Of a stretch of 64,000 nucleotides of DNA, positions 25,572 through 39,928 are shown piece after piece. Position 1 is the first letter of the stretch. Each line of letters opens with the position of its first letter. The position numbers and the translations under genes are program-made. The DNA is from Haliotis rubra (Eukaryota), in NCBI RefSeq assembly GCF_003918875.1, contig NW_025767504.1, positions 186,001 to 250,000 of the forward strand, in the 5' to 3' direction. The notes under the pieces are model-generated. The model was given only the letters and a program-made list of their open reading frames with translations. It was not told the origin of the DNA and did no database searches.

Positions 25572-26917
25572 TTCAGGTTTCGAATCCAATTCAACATTTC
25601 ACCACCAACCCGATTCCTGCACATGCTTAAACGATGATTTTATTCTTTGACAGATGGATTTGTGCTTAATGAGCAAGTATGAATATATGCCACATGTACA
25701 TTGCAAGTAAAACTAGGTTCTGTATGAAAGATTGTATGAGACTGGTTTTGTTAAGCACCACCTTGTCGATAGTCACACTAGGTGTTTTGCTGGATGTCAT
25801 CTCGGAACGACTTCTGAGATGATGGCATCCAATACCTGCTCACACTAGCCAGGCAGCACCTGTGTGTTTGAAGCCAACCAGTGCACACAGCCTTACCTCA
25901 TCTCCGTGTGTCATTCCCTAATTACCCACACCTGGGATATTGCGGTGATTGCAGCGTTGGGGATGTCACATGTCCCCAAACACAATATGTATTGCCATGA
26001 GCCAACAACGGTACCATGAGCTATATTGTTTCAATTTTCGCTTGGCCCGGTTTTCACGAATCATACGAGCTCCCAATGCATTGCGGTGTTCAAACCGGTT
26101 TCCTAAACCTGATCCCCGATCTTCCACTTCTACTCATCGTCTACCTGGTCTGCACAATCTATACCGTATACAAACTACCAATCACCCGTGTACCTGCTAG
26201 AGACACACTTATCAGTCCACCACTATGCGCTTACAAAACTAAGGCATCCTTGATATATATTTCCGTGACAATCACCAATTTCTTAATCGCCATCGATTGA
26301 AAAATGACAGAGACACGAGATGACGTCATATCAAACAATATTGCGTCACGTTTTCCGGGTCAGGTGACCGACTTGAGTAGTGACTGGCCGGTCTGATAGC
26401 CAGATTCTACTATTCATTATTATATGTTTAAAGCAATGACTTTGTTAGTCAATATTGTCGCGTTTGTTTTGGAAAGTATACAATAAGACTCAAAGATATG
26501 ACAGTTATTAACTTGCAACCAGAGCAAGAGAACAGACGGCATTACTGGTGCACGTTTCAGAACAGACAACACAAGACAGGGATTCAGAAGAATCTGACGT
26601 GCTCTCAATATGGCAGAACAAGAGAAGATTTTACAGAGGGCATTACTTGAGCACCTTTCAGAATGACAACACCAGGCAGTCATTAAGAAGACTCTCGTGT
26701 GATATGATAGAACTTTACTGGTTTAATGGTATTCTTTCTGTTCAGCAACCTGTACATAATCTAATCATAATTGAATCTGAGCAAGGCAGAAGAGAAGATC
26801 ACAGCATGAACGACTATAAGCTAAATTTACTGTACTGTGTGCGTCCATGCGTGCGAGTGCATCTGTTTGTTTGAGTGTATGTGCGCGCGAGTTTTTTGTA
26901 TTTATATGAATATATGA

Positions 26918-27712
26918 TTGTGAGTGAGTGTGAGAGTGTGAGTGTGAGTGTGAGAGTGTGAGTGTGAGTGAGAGTGAGTGTGAGGTTGAGAGTGTGAATG
27001 AGTGTGAGAGTGTGAGTGAGAGTGGGTGTGAGGTTGAGAGAGTGAGTGAGTGAGAGTGTGAGTGAGAGTGGGTGTGAGGTTGAGAGAGTGAGTGAGTGTT
27101 ATTGTGAGAGTGTGAGTGAGAGTTAGTGTGAGGTTGAGAGAGTGAGTGAGTGTGAGAGTGTGAGTGAGAGTGAGGTTGAGAGTGTGAGTGAGAGTGTGAG
27201 TGTGAGAGCGTGAGTGAGAGTGAGGTTGAGAGGGTGAGTGAGAGTGTGAGTGTGAGAGTGTGAGTGAGAGTGGGTGTGAGGTTGAGAGCGTGAGTGAGAG
27301 TGTGAGTGTGAGAGTGTGAGTGAGAGTGAGTGTGAGGTTGAGAGTGTGAGTGAGAGTGTGAGTGAGAGTGGGTGTGAGGTTGAGAGCGTGAGTGAGAGTG
27401 TGAGTGTGAGAGTGTGAGTGAGAGTGAGTGTGAGGTTGAGAGTGTGAGTGAGAGTGTGAGTGAGAGTGTGAGTGAAAGTGGGTGTGAGGTTGAGAGTGTG
27501 AGTGAGTGTGAGAGTGTGATTGAGAGTGTGAGTGTGTGTGAGGTTGAGAGTGTGAGTGAGAGTGAGAGTGGGTGTGAGGTTGAGAGTGTGAGTGAGTGTG
27601 AGTGTGAGAGCATGAGTGAGAGTGAGTGTGAGGTTGAGAGTGTGAGTGAGTGTAAGAGTGGGTGTGAGCGTGGGTGTGGGTGTGGGTGTGGGTGTGGGTG
27701 TGGGTGTGGGTG
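26918..27712. repeat. Compound (GT/GA/GTGA)n microsatellite
   Basis: ~800 bp of GTGA/GAGT/GGGTGT repeats. The homologous position in other units is just GGAGAGTGTGTGTTCC (e.g. 34378). Confidence 0.95.
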
Positions 27713-30700
27713 TTCCGAACCCAGAACATTGTCAGTAGTCAATGCTAGTCATACTGTCACTATGCATGTAAGCAGGTTGTACTCAGCTGGGGATTCGTGT
27801 CTGCTTCACATACTGTGGTATATCTCAAACCCTCTTGTCAAACTTCAATCACCTCACTCATTTCTCAAGAACATCATTCCCTCTGTCTAATCTCACACCC
27901 ATCAGTCAAACCTCTCATACTCCTGTCAAACCCATCTTCACGACACAACGGAGTAACCGACTACAAATATCAAGTTTCAATACCTACCAAGCTTGGCTGG
28001 ATATTCGTGGCGAGTAAAAACACCTTTTTATGAAGAAGCCAGCATACACAACGTGATCCTTTTTGTGTTACAATTTTCTCTCCAATGTAAAGTGGTGGAC
28101 ATGTATGTTTTTGGATATCACCAGACACTAAAAATACACTTTTGTCAGTATCATATTTAAGATGCAATTTACAAGAGTACTTAAAACACACATTCAGTGC
28201 ACCATTTATGGTCCCACTGACCCCATGAATCATCTGCTAATAAGATACCTGGCCCATTACCCCATGGGAGACTTAAACCGTGTTGTAATGGTTTACTCCC
28301 AGCTGCCATAAGTTCCATTTGTACGACACTGTGTGCTTCCCAGATGTACTACGGTAGGTGGGTAGGGGAAATTAGGTACATCCCTACAGGTGCAGAAGCA
28401 CAGTCCACTGAGTCCAGTGGCGTGAAAGCTAAACCACCCAGTGTTTTATATATGAAACGCGTCAGATAGTAACAATATTTCAGTACATTCCTCTTTCCAT
28501 ATACATGTACATCTAACAGTCAGTTAAAAGCCTAGCTCAACTGCTTTAATAATAAACAATATGATATCTATAAATATTGTTATTGATAATCTTAAACATA
28601 CTTTGCAGAAAATAGCAGCATGTGCAGTTTCCTCTACAGACATCGTCAGAAACACATACCGTCACTGCGGCAGACGAGCAGAGGTAAACCTGGATCACAA
28701 CTGGACCACAACCTCGGATGGTCATTATAAGTTGTTCACTGGTCTCCAGGGGGACATGGGCTGATGTACCCTCGATGTTTGTTTATGTTCCCTGATCCCG
28801 AGCACATTCATGGGGAAACAGTGTGGGGTTAGTAAGGAACTCAACCGTGACCAGTGTTGTAAAAAGGTGTGAAACAACTGGGACGTATGACAAATGGGAA
28901 GGACATGTTTCAAGTGTATATAATAGGTCATTAATATTCAATTTAAAGCTATACTTTCTAACAGTGTTAATGCAGCTATTTCAGTGACAGTACCTTTATG
29001 AAATCCAAATTGATACTTCTGCTATTCTTTCTAAGATGACTTCATTGAAATAATTTGCTGAAAATACGTGTTAAAGTTATTTCCCCGGTAATTTGAAGTA
29101 TCGCATGTGCTTTTACCTCCACTTTTGTGAATGGGGAGTATGGTACCGGCATTAAAACCACAAGGTAGATATTCATAATGAACAATGGCATTGTAAAATG
29201 CTACTAGGTGATTAATAAGTGTTCATTAACAATACCATCAGGTCCAGGTGACTTGCAGTTCTTAAGTCGCCGAATAGTGCATAATAGTTCATCAAATGTA
29301 AGAGGACATTGAAGCAGTGTAGAAGTATCATCACACACATCATGAGTATTCTCAAGTTGAGATTAACATAGTCAGTAAAATCGGATTAACATCTGCACAT
29401 GGTAGAGAGAGGTCTCTGAAATATTTAGATACTTTTTGAGTATCACAAGATGTGTTTAGGTAAGTGAGAACCTGAGTTAATTGAATAGATGTGAGAACAA
29501 AATCAATGTTTCCGAAACGTCTCCAACATGTACCATCATCTGCAGATTGTGATGCATCAATGTTTAATGGAAGTTCAGGTAAAGGTTGCATTGAAGATTC
29601 TGAGATTATAGGAATAATTTCATTCTCCGAATTTGTTATTTCGTTTTTAAATATTGTTGATAACATGTCATATTTGTTAACATCCTCAAACTGATCTCTT
29701 CAAGGGAAACGGGGATCTGTTGCGGTTCCCACTAATCCGTTTTACTTTGGTCCAACTTGAGGAAAGAGCAGTATGCCTGTTGATTGTAGATAAGTACGAT
29801 CGCCAACTGCTGCGTTTTAATGATCCTGCACGACGTTAGAATTCACCCATAGTGGAAATAGGGGAATAGAATAGAATTCACCCATACTGTTAAGTTCGAG
29901 TAGTTGGTTTCCGGATGTTTAACCGATAGCATTTTCTGAAATTTGGGTCAGAGAACCATTTGAACTCTTAATGTCATCTGTTAGCAAATCACATGTTATT
30001 TAATTTAAACAAAGTTCTACAAATTTATGCTTGGAACAAAACTGTAGCGCCGGATCAAGATGATCTGATCTGATCGATAATCAAGATCTATACTGAAATA
30101 AAACGGGTCTTACCTCGTGAGGTGCAACTTACTTGAATACCTTGACTACAATCCTGACGTTTGGAAAATATGTCGACGCCGAACTGACGGTAAACGTGCT
30201 TTGTAAATCCTGCAACAGACCGAAATCAGCAGCGCAGTTCAGTTCCATTTGGTTACACAACTTTGCCTGGACTATGTCTAGACTCGTTAGTCTAGCGAAA
30301 ACGCTGATTTGTTAGTCAATAAATCAGGATGTTATTGCAATCAATAATATTCTCAAAAACTGTGCTGATTAATTCTCAAGACCAAGTAACATGTGATTTA
30401 TTCAAAACCAAACAACGTACGCTCAAAATCACAAAACAATATGCTCACTTCAGTCCTTTCCCTGGTACAAAGATATAAATCAGACATGACTTATCGAGTA
30501 TTACATCACCCCTTGATCGTTCCCACAGAACCCTCGGACAGTGATCGACAACCTGCCTGTTGTGCAGTGGGTCACGAAGTACGACCATGTTGACGAAATT
30601 GAATAAAATTAATCTCCAATGAGCCTACTTGCGTTTCAAAACGTTCTGTAAACATGTTTCTGAGTGCCAAACTACGACAGAAGCACATTATGAAGTTTAA

Positions 30701-30771
30701 AGTGTGGATGAATTTCCTATAAAAGACAGCACAGGTTAGTGGACTGGCACAACTATCCACAACTGTTCACA

Positions 30772-33487
30772 ATGCAGATGCTGTGTGTTGCTGTGGTAGC
30801 CGTTGCCGTCCTTGGCGTCGTCTCTGGGTCAATGTAAGTAGCGTCCGCCAATCATGTTATACTGAATGCTTAGCACCATATTTACCAATATTTACCAGGA
30901 CCGAGCGTGTAATGCTGTAGGGCGTGATGCTATAGATTTAAGCAACCTTCCCAGAGTCCAACTGGGAACAAAGCAAATACGACAATTCTACTACCTATAT
31001 CTATCAAATAAGTATATTGTTATTATTATGGAGAGCTGCTTCTTACTTCCTCCAACCTTAGTGTGTGAATACAGGAATCTGTTCACTACCTTCCAAGAAT
31101 ACTTCTATTGCATCACTGCCTTGACTGCCTTATCATTTACTGCAACATTGTTGGTTTTCAGTATTGCCAATTACAACGTCTCGATAGACTCAAACTTCGG
31201 TATGTTCAATTTCCAGTGTCTTTTCTCACAGAATGTTTCCACACAGTAAACCATATGTAAATCTTTATATTGTGCCAATAGCTTGGCTAACATAATTACT
31301 TCTGTACTTCTTAGATCCCAGATAATTCCTAAGCTATCAACATTTCAGAAGCACATTAAATGAAGCATTATAACATATCCCTCTTCTTTCACGATATATT
31401 AATAATGTCTTCAAAATCTAAACAAGCAGTAACTCTCTGAGTATGATAACAAATGTGTTGTTACCGGGGACACCTGATATTCACAGTGTGGGGAAAATGG
31501 TCCACATGGAGCGAGCGTGTGGGGGAGTGCAGTGTCAGCTGTGGGGGAGGCTCCCAGACTGTGGTGAGGACAAGGACGTGCCAGGGCGGTCGGATCTGTA
31601 GGCCCATCAACGGGGGGAAAGAGGAGTACACACAGGCCTGTAACACCAACAGCTGTTCAGGTGAGATCATCGTTAAACACCGGGTGTTCACATACCCATC
31701 ATGGTGTTGTCGACACCACAACTCAGTTCATAGCCAATACGGTGTCCACCACGTTATATCTCTGAGGCTACATGTGTAACAAGTGTTGTGTCATATGAGG
31801 CCACACGTTGTAAAAGCAGGTAAAAGAGTGCTTGTCTGGAATAGTGATACATGTTGCGAGGTAATATACGAGGGAAGTTCAAAAAGTTGTCAGCCTCACC
31901 TAGAAAAAGATATTATATTATCTGTCAACCTTAAGCAAATTGGGTTTTGCTATGTTCCAGGCTCACCACCCCGATTTTGTTTGACATTTGATCTTGATAC
32001 ACCCAACACACCCCACCCCACCCCCACACCCCCAAATAAGACCCCAACAACAGCCGCAAAATCTGCAGTAAATGCATCACAAACTTCAAGAATCAAAATA
32101 TGCAGGAAACAATTTGTGTGTTTGGGATAGGTAGAAGTCCGCTAGAATCAAGCTTAGATATTAAAGTGCATGAAAAGCAATTTGAAACTACAATCGCTTG
32201 TTAAAATGCAATTTGAAACTACAATCGCTTGTTTAAGTGACTCCCACTTTCATGTTTACTGAACGAGCTTGTTTTGGAGACACTACCCATCCCCCTTTCA
32301 GATGACATAATTATGAGAACATAACTTATTCTAATGTTTTCACTTATTCATAATTGATGCCAAGGGTTACAACTAAATAATGAATGGTCACTCAAGTGTC
32401 AGATCTCAATACATTGTAAACAGTATGGAATATCTGGACACAATGTTTTTGAAAGATTATAATGGGGGTGTCCTTAATAAACAGCCCCTGTCTAAATATA
32501 AATCAAGCAATCAAAATCTTTGAATATTGGGTAGTCATCCAATACTATACTGAACATATTTTATATGATATTATCTGAGGCCATTCCATTATCCATGAGG
32601 TACCAAATGGCAGATCGTTTTTCATTTTCTGCAATCTGTTACAGAAATATTATACCCCAATATGATGTCATGACTAATATCTCGTTAATCACATTACCCA
32701 CATATGGGAAATTTTGTGCTAGTGATTCCTTCAAAATAAAATGGAAACTATGAAAGATTAAAATCAGGGTGTCCCTCAAAAAACAGCCCCTGTCTAAATA
32801 TAAATCAAGCAATCCAAATCTTTAACTGTTGATTATGACGGGTAGTCATCCAATACTATACAGAACATATTTTATATGACATTATCTGAGGGAATACCAT
32901 TATCCAAGAGGTACTCAATGACAGAAATATTACCCCAATGTGTTGTGATGACTAATATATCGATAACCACATTACCCACATCTGGGAAATTTAGGATATG
33001 AATTTGCTAATGATTCCTTCACAATATAATGGAAGCTTTTCAAACATTGGACATCGATAATATAGTTAGGTTGACTACTTGTAAAATGACCCTCGTATGC
33101 TGTACATAAATCACAGTAGTGAAAGGTTGATAGTAGTGTTACATATCTCCTGTTTCTAGGCTTCTCGGTGAATGGAGGATGGTCTCCTTGGGGTAGATGG
33201 ACCGCCAATGACGGCGAGGAGTGCTCAGCATACTGTGGAGGGGGCAAGATCAGGCAGTCTCAGCCAGTGGACAGTGAACAGTAAGTTCTTGCTGTTGTAA
33301 TGACCAATGTGTGAAGTACGTGTTTTGTGTTACAGGTTATTGCCCAAACAGACAAGTGAAGTTCTTCCCCCATCCTACCAACAGAGGTCGGTACTACCAG
33401 TGTGGGAACTACATTGCTTACCTCATGAAGTGTCCCAAAGGTCTTGTCTGGGATGACAGCATCTGGACGTGCAACTTCGACAACTGA
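30772..33487 (+). pseudogene. Cluster gene 3: truncated paralog (deletion in the TSR2 exon, chitin-binding exon out of frame)
   Basis: Exon 1 30772-30833; shifted micro-exon 31162-31199; TSR1 31487-31660 intact. The TSR2 acceptor is mutated CAG->CGG, and a ~140-bp deletion at ~33260 removes the exon's 3' half and donor, giving TAA at 33282-33284. The CBM14 exon (33336-33487) is itself intact. Confidence 0.75.
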
Positions 33488-35339
33488 GACGTCCCGCTAA
33501 CTTGATGTCACATGCGCATGTACAGTCCTAATAAAGCAGAGTTTTCAAAGTAAAATCGTTTTATGTTTCCTATTTACCACAGGACATATGATAATATGTT
33601 TAGTATAGGGTCTCTGTATTTAGTGCTCCTGCCCAATAGTACTAGTCTGAGGTACATCGTGAGATCTGAAGTAGTGGTGACACATAGTCATCGCTTTGGC
33701 TGACTCATGAAAATAGTAATAAGTGTTTCGCATTTGACCTTGTTTAGTGTTTTGTGTATTTAACAAGAAAGCTATTCACAGACAAGTTCAGGTTTCGAAT
33801 CAAATTCAACATTTCACGACCAACCCGATTCTTGCACATGCTTAAACGATGATTTTATTCATTGACAGACGGCTTTGTGCCTGATGAGCAAGTATGAATA
33901 TATGCCTCATGAACATTGAAACTAAAACAAAGTTCTATATGAAAGATTGTATGAGACTGGTTTTGTAAGCACCACCTTGTCGATAGTCACACTAGGTGTT
34001 TTGCTGGAAGTCACCTCGGAATAACGTCGGTGATGATGGCTTCCAATACCTGCTCACACTAGCTAGGCAGAGCCTGTGCGATTGAAACTCTCCAGTGCAC
34101 ACAGCCTTACCTCCGTTTGTACATAGAGAGAACACACAGACGTATTAGTGTCATTCCTCAGTTAATTACAGGTATACTCCATTGATAGATGAGTCCAGGA
34201 TTTTGGTCTGTAGTATGGGTTTGTCCAGTCTTTAAGTGACTGATAGCTCGCCCTATTAGGATGGTTATGACAACTTGCTCGGAAACGATACACCATCGAT
34301 AGCGCTATCACTGGAGGAAAAAAAAAGTAGTTTTCTCATGTGGCTGGTCATCTTCTTGGTGTGTTCACGTGATGGTTGGAGAGTGTGTGTTCCAAACCCA
34401 GAACATTGTCAGTAGTCATACTGTCACCAGGTTTAAATGAAAGTTGCACTCAGCTGGCAGTTCGTGTCTGCCTCATATCCTGTGTTACATCTCAAACCCT
34501 CTTGTCAAACCTCAATCACCTCACTCATTTCTGTAGAACATCACTCCCTCTGGTCAAACTTCACACTGTAAAGTCAAACCTCTCACAATCCTGTCAAACT
34601 CATCTTTACGAGACAACCGAGTGACCTGACTACAAATATCCAGTTTCCATACTAACCAAGCTTGGCTGCAAATAGGTACGAGGAGGTAAGCCTGGATGGC
34701 ACTTGACCCTTGCTCGGATTGGGATGGCTTCTTGTTGTTTACAGACCGACATGACGACAAAATCCTGGCTGCAATATCACAACAATTTATGTACAAGCCA
34801 GCATTCACAATATGATCTTTTTTGTGTTACAATTTCCCCAATGTAAAATGGTGGACATGTATGTTTTGGGGTATCACCAAACAATATAAATACACTTTGT
34901 CGGCATTATATTTAAGATGCCATTTACAAGAGTACTCAAAACACACATTCAGTGCACCATCTATGGCTCCACTGTGTCCATAGCTGTGTCATCTGCTAAT
35001 AAGATACCTGGCACATTACCCCATGGAAGACTCAGACCGTGTTGTAATGCTTTGCTCCCAGCTGCCATACGTTCCATTTGTACTATACTCTATTTATCCC
35101 AGATGTACTACAGTAGGTGGGTAGGGGAAATTAGGTACTTCCCTACAGGTGTAGTGGTACAGTCCACTGAATTCAGTTGCGTGAAACCTAATCCACCCAG
35201 CGTTATATATATATATATGAAACGCGTCAGATAGTAACAATATATTAGTTCATTCCTCTTTCCATATACATGTATACACAAAACAGACAGTTAGGTTAGA
35301 CCAACAATATGATATTAATAAATATTGTTATAGATATTC

Positions 35340-36520
35340 TTAAACATACTTTGTAGAAAATAGCAGCATGTGAAGTTCCCCATACAGACATCGCCAGATC
35401 ATACCGTCACTTCGTCAGACAAGAGAGGAGGCAAACCTGGATGACACGTGACTACAACCTCGGATGGGGATCGCTTCTTGTTGTTTACAGACCGACATGA
35501 TGACAAAATCCTGGCCTTTGCTACCGACATCCGACTTCAAACGATTCAGTCAGCAGACACAGTCTACATGGATGGTGCCTTCACCTCCTACCCTGCTCTC
35601 TGGAACCAAGTGCACATTATCCATGTGAAAGATGGATACGTGACACATCTTGTTGTTTTTGCTGTGCTGCCAGATCGACAAACATCAACATACTGAATAC
35701 AGTTCAGCCTCCTCAAGATCCACACACGTGATACTCGCGAACTGTTACCAACAAGAGTGCAGACAGATTTTAAAGTGGCTGCAATTCGTGCTATCTAGTC
35801 CGAGAAATGATGGGTTATCCAAGCAATTTCATAATTGCCATTGTATTATCTATTATAGTTATGTATATGTATGTAACTCCTTGTATATGGGCCGGAGGCC
35901 TTGAATACAATAAACTTGACTTGACTTGACTTGAGTTTCCTGGAGCTTAGGTGAAGGGCTGCTTCTTCCACTACAGTCAGGCCAAATGGAGGAAGACTCA
36001 AGAGCTTGGTTTGGCTGCCAAGTATAAGGAAGTACCGCCAGTAAACTTTTGGATAAGACGAGCTGCAGCCTTTCCTTTACTCCCTATCCCGGAAGTACAG
36101 AACACCTGGATGGATGTGATGGAGGAAAGTCCTGACGTCGCCAGGCCTGGCGACTGTAATGACAACATGGTGACCAACTTGGTGGATGATGATGCCAGAT
36201 TCACCCTTTCACGTCTGGAATCACCATGAGGCAGTCGGCCCGAGGACCACCCAACAGTCTGGAGGGCTTTCACAACCGATTGAACAGATCACTGCCTCAT
36301 CGCCATCCGAACACACATCGGCTGATCGAAGTCTTGCGAAGGATTGAAAAAGCAGACGAAGCCAAAATCTCACAGATCTATTTCGGGGCCGGTACAAAGA
36401 CGAAAACGCGTATACCGCGAGCTTGACAACCGTATCCAGCGCCTGAAAGAGCACCTACATCAGGGGCACAAGTCTCCACCACAGTTCTTGGATGCTGTTG
36501 GACATTTCCTTCAGTGATCA
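35340..36520 (+). mobile_element. Degenerate MULE (Mutator-like) transposase, interrupted by a short LINE-tail-like insertion (~35797-35932)
   Basis: Peptides YMDGAF..P.LW.Q, VVFAVLPDRQTSTY, VQTDFKVAAIRA, VKGCFFHYSQAKWRKTQELGL and NSLEGFHNRLN..HPN, with stops and frameshifts. The insertion ends AATAAA(CTTGA)n. Fragments recur at ~19190, ~28600 and ~34690. Confidence 0.8.
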
Positions 36521-37794
36521 TGTGAACCCCCTCAAATCTGTAATCTATATTTGACCATGGATTGCTCTAGTCTATGCAAGCTAATGTTTTATACTGAAGA
36601 TCATGTAAACCACATCAAATTTGTAATTGAATTTGACCATGACATGTTCCAGTGTATATACAAGTTAATGTTTTATGTGTGAAGTCATCTATGAAAATAA
36701 AAGATGAATCATGTAAGTATCGTTACTGTCTATATTTCTTGGATCAGCGCATTATGTACATCCATGGGGCGACATAGTGGGATTAGTACTTAACTCAACC
36801 GTGACCAGTGTTGTTAAAAGGTGTAGTACAACTGGGACGTATGACAGATGGGAAGGACATGTTTCAAGTGCATATAATAGGTCATTAATATACAATTAAA
36901 AGCTATACTTTCTAACAACGTTAATGCAGCTGTTTCAGTGGCAGTACCTTTATGAAATCCAAATTGATATTTGTGCTATTCTTTCTAAGATGACTTCATT
37001 GAAATAATTTGCTGAAAATACGGGTTAAAGTTATTCCCAGGTAATTTGAAGTATCGCATGTGCTTTTACCTCCACCTTTGTGAATGGGGAGTATGGTACC
37101 GGCATTAAAACCACAAGGTAGATATTCATAATGAACAATAGCATTGTAAAATGCTACTAGGTGATTAATAACAGATGTACCGGCGTACTTTAAGTGTTCA
37201 TTAACAATACCATCAGGTCCAGGTGACTTGCCGTTCTTAAGTCGCCGAATAGTGCATAATAGTTCATCAAATGTAAGAGGACATTGAAGCAGTGTAGAAG
37301 CATCATCACAAACGTCACAGTATTCTTAAGTTGAGACACATAGTTATTTACATAGTCAGTAAAATCTGATTACCATCTGCACATGGTAAAGAGAGGTCTC
37401 TGAAATATTTAGCAAATAGATCACAAATACCTTTTTGAGTATCACAAGATGTGTTTAGGTAAGTGAGAACCTGAGTATATTCCTTTTTACGTTTGTATAT
37501 TTTGGTAGCTTTAAAGTACTTTTGTATACCTAGTTCAGAGGCATCATAAATTCTTTTGAATTTAAGATCATGCTCATATTTTTTTGATGGACGATGTCGT
37601 TTTCTGAAAATACGTTTTGCTTCTTAAAATGCATTGTAGTAACTATTCCCTTTATCATGGATTTTACCACTGAGCATCCATTCATTGTTACATTTTCTCA
37701 TTGTATTATGTAGACTTTTCAAAGTATCTTTTGTCCAATATGTCTGTTGCAAGCCATCAGTTTGTCAACGTCTTCGCTTCCAGCTAAACCAACA

Positions 37795-38220
37795 TGTGCT
37801 GGAATCCAGACAGTATCGCTGCTGATGTACATGTAGTTTAGAACAGTATCACGATACAAGATGTCATATAATATGTCTGCAAGCCATCTTAACAAGTTTG
37901 TCACCTTCTTCGTGTCCAGTTAAAGCAACATGTGCTGGAATCCAGACAGTATCGCTGCTGATGTACATGTTGTTTAGAACAGTATCACGATACAAGATGT
38001 CATACAATATGTCTGCAAGCCATCTTAACAAGTTTGTCACCTTCTTCGTGTCCAGCTAAAGCAACATGTGCTGGAATCCAGACAGTATCGCTGCTGATGT
38101 ACATGTAGTTTAGAACAGTATCACTATACAAGATGTCATATAATATGTCTGCAAGCCATCTTAACAAGTTTGTCACATTCTTCGTGTCCAGCTAAAGCAA
38201 CATGTGCTGGAATCCAAACA
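37795..38220. repeat. Tandem amplification of a ~138-bp LINE RNase H fragment
   Basis: GCTGGAATCCAGACAGTATCG...CTTCGTGTCCAG repeated three times. The homologous region at 20190-20330 has one full unit. Confidence 0.8.
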
Positions 38221-39928
38221 ATACCACAACTTTGATCTAAGATTACACCCTAAAATTTAAATTCAGAAACGATTTTTATGGCATGACCACCAACGTGTGT
38301 CTTTCATCTGGTGAAGAATATTGCGACTGATTTAGAAGTTGATACCTTGAACCCCCACTTTGACCACCAAGGATCTACAGAATGCAGAGTTAATTGAATA
38401 GATCTGAGAACAAAGTCAATATTTCCGAAACGTCTCCAACATGTACCATCATCTGCAAATTGTAATGCATCAATGTTTAATGGAAGTTCAGGTAAAGGTT
38501 GCATTGAAGATCCTGAGATTATAGGAATAATTTCATTCTCGAAATTTGTGATTTCGTTTTTAAATATTGTTGCAAAAACTCCATAACTGTAACATCCTGA
38601 AACTGATCTGCTAAAAGTATCTCTCCTCACGGGAAACAACCCACTGATCCAGGACAGGAAAGGGGGATCTGTTACGGTTCCCAGTAATCCCTTTTACTTT
38701 GGTCCAACTTCAGGAAGGAGAAGTATGCCTGTTCATTGAACTGCTGCGTTTTAATGTTCCAGCAAGACGTTAGAATTCATAAATACTGGGAAATTCGAGC
38801 ATTTGGTTGTCCGGATGTTTAACCAATAGCTTTCTCTGAGATTTAGGTCAGAGAAAAAGTTAGATTACCATTTGAACTTTTAATGTCGTCTCTAGCAAAT
38901 CACATGTTATTTCAGTTGAACAAAGTTCAACAAATGTATGCCAGTTAGCAGAGAAAATTCCACTTGCAGGGTTTAAACGATATTTCATTGAAAACTAGAA
39001 AGTGATCACTTCCCAAACTGTCATCTTGAAAACACCAGCAGCTGTAACAAGTTATGTCCCTTCTACGTCCCTTATATTACTTGCATTTGCTTGGAACAAA
39101 ATTGCGGCGCCGGGTCAAGATGATCTGATCGATAATCAAGATCTATATAGTAATAAAACGTGTCTTACCTAGTGAGGTGCAACTTACTTGAATACCTTGA
39201 CTAAACTCCTGACGTTTGGAAAATATGTCGACGCCGAGATGACGGTTAACGAGCTTTGTAAATCCCGCAATAGACCGAAATCGGCAGCGCAGTTCAGTTC
39301 CATTTGGTTGTGCAACTTTGCCTAGACTATGCTTAGATTCGTCAGTCCAGCCAAAACTCCGATATTCCATATGGTTAACACTTTCAAATAATCTGTCAGT
39401 CAATAGGTCAGCATATTTTTGCAATCAATAAATATTCCCCAAAACTGTGCTGATTAATTCTCAAGACCAAGTTAAATGTGATTTATTCAAAACCAAACAA
39501 CATACGCCCAAGATGACATTTTGAACATACGCACATAGGTTTCTTTTTAATTCATTGAGCATTATTGGAGATAATTTTTGTGTATATTCAAACAAAACGA
39601 TATGCTCACTTCAGTCTTTTCCCTGGTACAAAACTATAAATCAGACATGACTTATCGAGTATCACATCACCCCTTGATCGTTCCCACTGAACCCCCGGAC
39701 TGTGATCGACAAGCTGCGTGTTGAGCAGTGGGTTACGAAGTACGACCATCTTGACGAAATTAATTCAAATTAATCTCCAATGAGCCTGCTATCGTCTCAA
39801 AGGTTCTGTAAACAAGTTTCTGAGTGCAACACTACTACAGCACATTATGAAGTTTAAAGTGTGGATGAATTTCCTATAAAAGACAGCACAGGTTAGTGGA
39901 CTGGCACAACTATCCAAAACTGTTCACA

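Noticed and set aside
26765-27890. His/Ser/Thr-rich ORFs resembling biomineral or metal-binding proteins
   Set aside because: Translations of a GT/GA microsatellite, open in several frames on both strands and absent from the homologous position in other units.
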